Assembly (NCBI GenBank): GCA_040954595.2
Contig: CM082594.2
Location: 10,296,296 to 10,360,295, forward strand
Length of the DNA stretch: 64,000 bases
Direction: 5' to 3'
Source of the DNA: Balanoglossus misakiensis
Lineage: Eukaryota; Animalia; Hemichordata
The translations under genes and the position numbers were made by a program. The notes under the pieces are model-generated. The model saw nothing but the letters and a program-made list of their open reading frames with translations, searched no databases and was not told where the DNA came from. Shown here one piece after another: positions 53,601-64,000 of the stretch. Position 1 is the first letter of the stretch, and every line of letters starts with the position of its first letter.

Positions 53601-56600
53601 GAAACTTGGAATGTGAAATTGGTGGGAATTGAATTGACATAAATCCACGTCGCAGTCTTTCTCGTTTTTTTGGTGGGATGGTAAAATTTCAGCGGAGGTC
53701 AAATTGCATCGGAACAAGAGACACCTATTTGACAGATTTAACGCTTTTGAGGCACAGGAAAAATCCATGGATCTTGACAGGATGACAAAGGGGTTTGCCT
53801 CTGCATAAAACACCGATGCCTGAAATGAGCTGTACATTTCCTTGTCTTAGAAGGAAACAAATCTTCGACAGCTGTTTTTGAATGATAGCCCACGGCAGAA
53901 AAATGAGTATCATTTAACCGACTTGAGAGATATATCGACGAAAATTCAACGGCAGGTGTTCTCAGCATATTTACAAAACTATACTTTTAAAAAATCGATG
54001 AAACTTGTTCTTGGGGTTATCATATGAATTTATTTTTTCTCCCCGCTTCGCTCACTGAGAAATTATCCCGCTGGGTATTAAACGATATTTATGCAGTATA
54101 GATGGAAATTCCGAAGTGAGAGTTATGAAAAATATGAAATGAACTAGACGGTCCTCATCCATCGTTTATTTGACAGGTTGAATTGGAGCTGTTGACAGGG
54201 ATAATGCGCTATGGCAAATTCAAGAAACAATAGTCTCCGGCATTTGTGGTGACGTGCTGAAGGGCCGGTCGAGAAAAAAGATGAAACTCGTGAATACCGA
54301 AGTGCCCCGCAGGTAGAGATAAACAGCTGACATAAAGGCGTCTCCTGGAGGCCGCGTTTCTCTCGAACCACGACTGACGAACATTTGGGTCTCGGTACGC
54401 TTCGTGCGTCTCGGCGAGATGGATCAATCATTACGAGAAATCCCCCGGAGGGCTGGGAGTGACGGGGCCAGCGCAGACTGATGGACGGCCTAATCAGATG
54501 AAGATCGGGGCGATCCGAGAATTGGATTCGGAGAATTCAGATTAGAGAGTAGAATCGAAATCATTCGGAAAATCGCTTCAAGAAATTAATTACTGCTAGG
54601 GAGCTTACGCCGGCCATCAAAGTGGATAAAGACACTGAGTGTGCGCATTGGGAGTCTGCCGCCCGATACAGGAGGTACAGAAATTGCGAGGCGCGCCTAT
54701 ACGAGCAAATGCCTAACGGGGAGGGCGGTGGTAATTGGTATGCTCGTGAATTTGAGCGTGTAGTCATGGTAACACACTGTATAAATTCTTATCAAATTGA
54801 AACTTCATTTCCCTTGCCATATGTAATATTGACAGGTTAACTTACAATTGAAACACAAAAATGTTGTTAAAAATGCAATATTAGGACACGGTATAGTACT
54901 AAGGCTAATTTTACCGTAGTAATTGAACGTCTTCTAAATGGTATCTTTAATGATTTGTCGCTGGCATATCAGATTTAGTTACTGATGGTTATTTTAAAGA
55001 AAATATTCAATACAGAATATGAAAGCTAACACTTAGACTAACCCGCCGGGATTTCGCTCTCGTGACACGCTGCTGTCATGACGTCACGGTTGCGCAGATA
55101 AACGGAGGCGAAAAATCGTTCTCATCGGCGTTTACAATAAAGCGCTTTTTTCTTATAACGTGCATTTAATTTCGCGATGATTTGTTGCGAATTCGTTGGT
55201 AGTAGGTCTACTTGAAAAGCGACCGTGGAAGTGACAGCGTCAATCATGAGCATGAGCGGCGGCGACATTGCATCGCAATGCCGCAGGATGCAGTGTTCAA
55301 CGCTGCTTCGTTTCTACAGCCTCTTCAGAACAGCCACTGACACAACCAAACACGTTTCCCCCCGCCCCATTCACATGCACGTCGCACACTCACACGCAGC
55401 AGTTTCAATATTGACAATGCGATTCAGAATTCCTCGACTTGCGATGGGATATTCTCGAGATGGCACGTACGTCTGCAAACGCCGCAGGATCAGGGCGGCA
55501 TTTTAAAATATAAACCACACAATTTCTGACCCGACAAGCATTGCGATTCAGCGTTACTCCCTGCTGCATCAAACGATGAGCAACCACATCACAAGGTCAC
55601 GGGTCGAAAAACGTGAATGAATAAAATCCGTTCAATATGACCGTGCCACACTCGTCTATTACACTCTAATTTTGAAACACATTTGTTCTGAATTTTTTTT
55701 AGAAATCTCTTGCATCACCTATCGAGTCTAATGACCATCTTGTTTTTCGCAAATGCACAAAGGAATCGAGAAATCCCATCTGCCGTCGATATCAGGGGAA
55801 ATTTGCAAGTTCGTGATCAACGATGCACGTTGATAACGCCAAAGTTATTGTCTATCGCTTAAAAATTAATTAGCTGAAATGTTAATGTCAACTTACCTCG
55901 CCAATCCATGGCATCTGATTGTTGGCCAAAGACGTTTTCATCGTTGTCCATTCCCTTGCTCGCTTTTGCTGCCAAGAGTCACTTGTTTTAGAAAAGTTTG
56001 TCTTCTAACTGAAATTTACCGACATCATCTTTTCCCCAAAAAATCTGAACGGAAAAATCATGGAATTTTGATAGATTTCAAGATCTTCCGAAACAGATGG
56101 CACGTTTGTTCTTTGTGCGCTTTATGATATCGATGACGTCATGATCATTGGTGTTCGCTGGTGACTTGCGCATTGGCGACAGTGCCCCGTGACGAGTGTT
56201 CGCCTACGACAGTCAGGTGCCACGCGGTGTTCTCTGCTGAGCAAAGAGGCCCCCTCCTCGTCATCTTCTCGCTCTTCCATCGTGTGCATGGAATGTACTG
56301 GTACCGCCCGATCACCGGCAATATCACAAGCGCTGGAATCTGACCGCTTTTGTCAGCTGACACTGTGACAGCGCCTATATAACAGGTCAAGTCCATCACC
56401 ACAAAATTACATATTCAATGCGCCTTGTCTCCCCGGAGGTGCTCGAATCACATTGTGAAGCCCGCACTGAGGCTGGTCATTCCTCTTCAACTTGCCCACC
56501 TTTTATACACAGGTTCAAAATGTTTGAATTTATAAAGATGACGACTTCCGTGAGCACATGTCCATAATTCTAAAATTGTCTCTCAATGATTCTTGCCATC

Positions 56601-59600
56601 TGCCGTCGCAATTAGGCAAAGCGCCAAAAATCGAGACGCGGCGAAAATAATTGCAGATTTCACACGCGTTACCAGTTCAGCCAGACGAGTAATACCGCAG
56701 CACCGGAATCACGATGTTAATCGGTCTTCAGTCGGTCGCAGATGACTTCGTCAACTCAGGAGATATGCCGGATCCCATCCAAAGTGCGATCGACGTTTTC
56801 CCGAAGCGGCGTTTCCTGGATACTGCTTCCGTCACACACAATTGTTCGAGTGTTGTCGATTTCCTGGAACACAAGCTGGAAAACCCCAGTGTTTCCACGC
56901 GCGCGCTCACAGGCACCGACTGGCAGCTAATTCCACTCCAAATGCGACCATTCAGAAAAAGAGGATGAAATCCAGCGTCGCATCGACGTTTCGCTTGTTC
57001 TTTTTTGCTGCTTCCTCAGGCTGCATCCACCCCAACCTCCATTGATGAAGAGACCGCGCGTTTCGCGGTTCATTTCGGTACATGAAATGCACAACAGCTG
57101 TTGACGCGACGGTTTTTCCTGATCCTGAAATGCACATCAGAGTATAAAGTAGATTATAATCGATATTTCTAACTGTGTCACAAACCATTGAATTTCGGGT
57201 CAATAATTTTCCTTGCCGCCATAATGATAAATAATGAAAAATCGTTACATTTCTTTGAAAAGAAGACCAACTGGATAAAATGCACAAAACGCTATATCAA
57301 CTGAAAATAAAAGGGGACATGGCACATCGTAATTGGGCTTTACAGTTGTCAATAACATATCCACGTCACATTTTAGCTCTTGTGTTCTCATATATATTAC
57401 CAGGAACAGAAATGCATCGCCGGCGGGTGGCAAATGTGCGACTAGCATATAGACCACGTTAATTCGATATCGAAATTTGGAGCTAGAGAATACGGTGCAT
57501 GTTAAAGAACCTGGGCGTTACAGCTTGATTGCTCTTATTCCAGTTTTAAAAAGAGTCCCGTGAGGAAACTTGTAGTCCCGCGAGACTGAGCGAGATGACG
57601 TTTGCAATGCATATGGAGTTTATAACTGCTGTCGGTGTTTTTCCAACATTAATATTCACAGTAGTGCACGTACGTGATATTTTTTCTCTAAATTATTATG
57701 TTAGAAAGCAACTATAGACTTGGTTCCTCCATTGAATGACGATAGCAGAATGTTTATGATCATCTCGTGCAAAATACCAGTAAATATATGATATACGTAT
57801 AAATCTAGCGAATATCATTCGTTCACACTCAACAGCGCCCCAGAGTCGGGGTATCACATTTAACATCTCTTAATATTCCGTCTCCTGGCAACTGCATCCC
57901 GAAATATTGATGCGGAGCAGTTAGAGTTTGGTGATAAGAGCAACATTTTAATATCATTATAATAATTTCCCCATAAGTCAGAAAAGGGATCGGGGATAAA
58001 ATTAAAGGTTAATTTCAGGATTTCCCGCTACAAGGCATAAGTGCATGCCATTATTTACTTTTCATGTTCACCCTAATCCGATCAGAGGTAAACAGTGCCA
58101 CTACCCAAGAGGCTGACATCAATTCTTAAATTTCGATGACTACATTTAAATAAAACGCTCTTTCAATACTTGGGAGCCTTTGCAGCGACGAATCTTTGAC
58201 AAGTACGTGCATGTCAGTCGGAAAACAGAGATAAATATGTCAATGAAAATTCCTTGAATGTTTGTGTTTGTCTTCTCTATCACATATTTGGGGTTTTCAA
58301 AGTATATCACAAGATTACAATGACCCTTTGAACACAATCACGTTCACGCTACACAACTATCACGAGCAATTGTAAGTTTTCATCTCATGGATAGAAATAA
58401 ATATCACCATTCCCATAAATAATCCATTGCTTCCTGAATATGCAGCGGCACGGTCTCTGGGTCGGCAGAAGGAACGACTGTCAATTTACACAAATTCTTC
58501 CGCGCATTCTGTACAAACAAAAGGGGGAACGAGAGAATTTTCTGTCGAAAATAAACTGAAACCGATCCGTCGACTTGAATCGTTGCACGAATCGTTCCCG
58601 GGGAATTACAATTAATGGGGACACGTCGATACATCGACACTTGGTAATTAAAGCTAGACATCAAGTCTCATAGAAACACACTCCTTGCTTTGTTGGGGCT
58701 CAAGGTTTTAAGGAGCGGAACTACGCGAGAAAAATTAATGTCAATTTCACGCACGCACAGGACATGTAAATGAGCGCGGTAATTGGAATAAATATGAACG
58801 TAATTAACGGAAACCGAGTCACGTTAGCACATGCATCGGCCCAGAGGTTAGTCGCTGTTTTTGCCAATCGATCAACGTCAAAGTGAATTTACATACTGAT
58901 AAACTCACCGCCCGCATGATAATTGGTTCTTTACCTACAGCTGTAGTTTACTTTTTATTGCAGTAGAAAAATAATCATTCAATTTTTACAACTTTATGAG
59001 GGAGGTAGGGCAGGTACAATGCACATCGTACAATCATAGTAAAGTTTTAGTGAAATTCTCGCTGTCCCTGGGCCCTACAATGACATCGGGGTTCGCCAAT
59101 CACCCAAATGAAATGAACTTTACCTTGATCTTAATTTTTGCCAACGCTATTGAGACATTTAATGACGATGAGGAGTAAAGGGCAAATTTAATGGTATAAC
59201 CCGCTTAACAAAATTATACGATGTCAATAAACAGCAGTTATTGCACCTGCAACCCTTTACACTGTACTCAATACACTAAACAGTAGCACATTTAATAGCG
59301 CCCCCAACGATATCATTTGTCGATTTATTGACATCCTGAACATCATACAGAATTCCCGTCGATCATCTAACAAAGAAACCCGCTGGTTTTTCATTCTGAA
59401 TGGATATGATGTACCCATTAAACGTCAAAACGACAGAGTGGATTTCCGGATCTCTGTATTTATGCATGAGCACTATATCATTTTGAGCTACATCATTTTG
59501 TGCGCCATATTGCTTCAAGGGCAAAGCAAGTGAGTCGTTTCTGAGCCTTGAAGAACGGAACAGCATGCAGCGCAAAAAAACCGCTCCCTGCTCTGTGAAA

Positions 59601-62600
59601 ATCTACGCGAGTTCTGTAGCGAAAGTGTTTTCCTTCAACGTAGCCTTGAATGCCGAATCCGAGCGGCTTGGTTTTTTGTGGTCCATCTGGACTGGTTTTA
59701 TTTCTAAGGTTTTGTTCTATTTTGAGCGTCGTCCACTGTTTTATTATACAACAGCCGTTGTCATACAAACCTTCGAGAAATTCGTGTTTTTATCGCCTTT
59801 TTTGGCTACAGAAAAGTGTATAAGTAGAACAACATTATTGACTACGTCATCAAACGTGTCACACGAGAAGGTTACCAACTACATGTACTTCACACAGAGA
59901 AGGATTTTCCATCAGAGACAAACTAGCACTTGACTTTTAACTGTAAATTGACCCCATGCATCACGCACCGAACAACAGACCAACGAACGAGCCAATGAAC
60001 GAGGCGCAGACTGCCGTGTAAAGACTAACAAAATACAAGCAGACGTACATGACCTACAGAAGCGTGAACCTACTCCCCGGGAACCTATCCCCAGTTCAAT
60101 CTTATTCTCTTTCATTTCTAATACAATACATGTCCCACTAATCCGATAGTAAGCTTGTGGGGTTTTTGCTCGATTTGGGATTATGAGCTTCGCATCCCAT
60201 TGAAAATGGCTTGATTGGTGTATTGTCCACGCGTTGCATATCCCAAGGCGATATCTATTTCAACAAACGAATGAATCGCTACTCATTCCAGGCCAGAAAA
60301 ATTAACCACTGATACATCATTTAATGCATTAATCATTTAGAAAATAATTTAAGAACATGTGCTATATGATGTTCTCTAAATGAAATTCCAGTCTCGGGGA
60401 AACAAGTGAGCGGTTTTATTTTTATTTATGTGAAGCAAAACGCGTGGCCAGGGAGACCAGGTGTTTCGACAATTATAGGTCGGTGATAAAAATACCTTTT
60501 GAAACTTATGGGAGTGTACAGTAAATTTGTTTTACAGGCGTGTTTGCCACTTAGTTTGGAATATAAATGTTTTTTTCTCGAGGTAGTGCAAATCGCATCT
60601 GCTGTGTTTATTAAGATTAGAAGAAGTGGAGTTTGCTCGCAAGATTCGAGTCTCTCATTTCCAGATTTTATTCGAATCATAATAGTTTCCCTTCAGCGTA
60701 AATGGTACCGACCGGACTCTTACCGCTGGCTCACGGTGTTAATTGTGCGAAATTCCCCGTTATTGCAATTTTCGACGGTTCGCGTGCAAAACACGAGCGA
60801 TTCCGAAGGCAAAAGAAAACAAATATCAGTAGAAAGGATCGTCCGAATAACCTGGTAATGCTATTACACACTTATGCACATCTGCTTGTCGTAAACACAC
60901 AGAAAAATGGCCAAAAACAGCCAAAAGTCACCAGCTAATGAAGCTTTAAGATGCCTCATAATTGTCACCGAATGACAGCCTGACCTCTTTGCAAAAAACG
61001 GGAATACAGCAGGTTGATGCGCGGGGAATATTAAACAGCAAGATAACCAATCCTCATGTCGATGCCAATGATTGTCGCCTGCAAGTCAGACGTCAAAGGT
61101 CGTTCGAGTGGGGCGCAAAAAAGGAGTAAATTCTTCGCCGAAAATGCTGACCCGGATCGAGATGAATACTTGTATACATCCCCAGTGTCACGTGATAGTT
61201 AACCGTCCTTGAGGATAAAGATTAATATTAGACGTAAAGTTCACCACAGCGGGTAAATGCCAGTGCGTTTTATACAGAAAGTCTGTAGAAAATACCGGAA
61301 ATTAAAATCAGCTTTCATATGAAGGAATGGTGGGCCAGTAGAAGATGCATCGGTGACCTTGACCATTGTTCGTAGTCGGTGATCACGGAGAAGCGCCTTA
61401 GAGCTCAGAATAACCGTAAACATATTTCACTGATCTATTTCTCTTTCTATAAATGTTTATCGAACACAATAATCCTATTAATTAACGAATTCCCGATTTA
61501 GACCTGAAAATTCCTTTCGCAAATAAATCGTGAAAATTGAAAGTTAAATATTCCAACCAGCGCCTTGCATTTGTACCGTGGCGCTGTCATTTGCATATGA
61601 ATAAAACCATAAACTTTTTATAGACATCACTTCGAAAATTGCTTTACCGGTGATATATCACTTTCCTGTTTTTTTTTATTAAGCCGTATTAATTTCGAAG
61701 TTCGACCAAGTATAAACACACTATTTCGGATCGATAATGGTTATTTCGTAATTACCGGGAAATCGAGACTTCTGGTAATTTGATGGTGTTTGACTCGGTG
61801 GGTAAGCATCATTAACACGATGAATTACTTTGTGTAATTTACGTACTACGTCATCTAGATTGGTGGTATCGCTTGACCAGATTGTCGGAGGCTTTCAACA
61901 AACACTAAAACCTTCCTTACCGATACCTTGAATGGGAATGATTTTTTTACGTCGCGAATTATTTCATATCTCACAAGCCAAATCCCATCGTTCCCGCAGT
62001 TTAGTTTTCCGGAAGTACCCATCATGCATGGCGCGGCAGGCCCCAGTGGAGTTTGGATCGGATTAATTTACGTAGATGTTTTGAAATAGATGACTTTTCT
62101 CCGTGTTTGTTTTGTGGAGACAGAAAGTATTTTAACAAATGATCTTATCAACGGGGAAATCAATATCAGCGAGCCATTCTTACTGCCATCAATCATTCTG
62201 GGAAACGATCCGCTTCGCAGATAAAGCTCAGCTCGGTATCATTTTCAAAAGTGCGCCCCAGAAAATTGCAAGTCCTTAGAAAATTAAAGGCCTACTCAGC
62301 TCCGTTTAGATAAGATCTTTCACCAGCGAGCCGTGTCCCCGATGTGTAACTTGTAAGAAGGCTTCCGTAATGAGCCACAGAGAATCCATTATTCGAGGCG
62401 GCCGGGGTTCTTGCGTATGTTTTCAGTTCTGCTGTTCGCCTGGAACAGAACTGCCGTTTCTCAGTGTCGTTCGTGTTGACCGAATATACACAAATCGTTT
62501 ACAGCGTATCTGGTGTCACGGCTTTACTTTAGGCCGGTAATGGTTACAATTTGATGTTATTTTTAGAATCTAAGATGGGATGGAACAACTTCAATTCGGG

Positions 62601-63103
62601 TCATCAAGTTTATGGGGCCATCATCCTTTCACTGTCCACTAATGCATTGCGCGATGCGTATAAAGTGCAGACGACAAGCGAAACCAATATTTTATAGATA
62701 TAGCGGCCGAGCGACGCACAAAACTGCAAATTGAAATCAACAGGTGGTCTGAACGAGAACAAGCGACTGATTGGGACAAAATAGAAATTGGGGGTTTCCA
62801 TGTTGCTATGTGCGATGGCCATTTGCATACCATGCATGCATTAGTTATTTTTACTGAAGAAAGAACGCAGAATGTCTGTTATAGATCTTGAAAATAACCC
62901 ACCTTATTTTCTGGCTGTTCGCCATGAATATCATTCACTCTATTGCAGCCGGCATACAAATCGTCTCAACTGACTGATCAGTTCGGAAGAGCTCAGAGGT
63001 CGCTTCTTTCTCCCAAGGTGAGATTTCGTGAGGTCAAACTTTAAAATCCGATCACGTGGCGCTATCATCAGTTTGTCTCGTGGGAACGTACCCGGCAGCT
63101 AAA

Positions 63104-63170
63104 ACTCACCTGAAACAGAAAAAAAATGAGGAAAATTGAAAAATAAAGTCAAAATGAAGAAACCATTAAG
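63104..63170 (-). other. Candidate recursive splice site (3'ss directly followed by 5'ss)
   Basis: Minus strand: CTTAATGGTTTCTTCATTTTGACTTTATTTTTCAATTTTCCTCATTTTTTTTCTGTTTCAG|GTGAGT, junction 63110/63109. Confidence 0.55.
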
Positions 63171-64000
63171 CTGGTGACTTTTGACCCGTATCTCGTCTGT
63201 CTTCCCGAGTGTCAAACGGGGACGACGAGATGTAGAGAGAACAGGCGAGACTTTCTGCCTCGCGAGACCGTAACATATATTACTGGGACTACCATCGTGA
63301 TCTTCCGCTACAAAAACATGAAAACAACATATATTCTTGAAGATACCGGAGACGAGTGGGCTCCGCAACTTCAAATCCATTTTTGATGTAAAAAAAAAAT
63401 TCCGACCGCGCTGGTCAAGAGTGGCGCCACAATACAGAACAGATTACGAGTAAATAAATCATGGCTTTTCCCCCCGAATACCGTCGACGAGAATCAACAT
63501 GTCTGCGCGCCGTGTTTTCTCGCAAATCTCTTTAAAGTAACTTCATCCGACGAGTGGAAAATTCGATCAGGTGTAGGTGTACTTCGTATCGAATTACACG
63601 ACAGACATGAGCGAGATCACTCCGCGTCTCCGGTATGATTTTATTCTAAGCGTCGTAAGCTTTTATCACCCCTATCGTTTCCTTATCGTTTATGGTTCAT
63701 TTAAAAAAATAACAATTTTCTGGGGAGTACATTAGCTTGAAAAAGCTCAGTTAAAATTTCCTTAGAGCCACATATACAAGAAGACATGAACTGGAAGTAG
63801 GTTAGCGTCGTGATGCTTGTTTTGTTTTTGGGTTATAGTTGAACAATTAAGATTGGGATTTATGTATATGCATAACATGAAAGTTGGTTTAGCTTTGGGT
63901 TATATAATAAATTTTTATTTCTCTCTATATGTCTCTTGAAGGTTTGAGCGCTACCAATCTCCCGTCTAAGCAGTTCAATGGGTAAAATAGAGTGAATTTC

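Noticed and set aside
43651-59309. Identical inverted 14-mer CGTTGGGGGCGCTA at 43651 and 59296
   Set aside because: Several 14-mer matches are expected by chance in 38 kb, and it is a poor CTCF match.

Overview
Eukaryotic (invertebrate animal, probably marine deuterostome-like) genomic DNA in three parts. (1) 1-6.35 kb: the last nine coding exons and 3'UTR of a + strand type I membrane protein (Calx-beta, Thr-rich linker, EGF, SEA, EGF, TM, Tyr-containing tail). All introns are GT-AG and phase-consistent. The first visible intron holds a deleted Crypton-like element with a strand-specific hairpin. (2) ~6.39-26.25 kb: a ~20 kb tandem array of an 87/88-bp satellite with three monomer types arranged C-A-B-A-B-A-C, starting right after the gene's poly(A) site. 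Every long ORF here is an artefact of the repeat. (3) 26.3-64 kb: no recognisable protein-coding gene, but a clear minus-strand mir-184 hairpin (39308-39365) with canonical Drosha motifs. Also present are splice and poly(A) signals outlining a probable spliced non-coding host transcript and a strong candidate recursive splice site (CAG|GTGAGT) at 63110/63109 on the same strand. Host-transcript exons and TF motifs are inferred from signals only.
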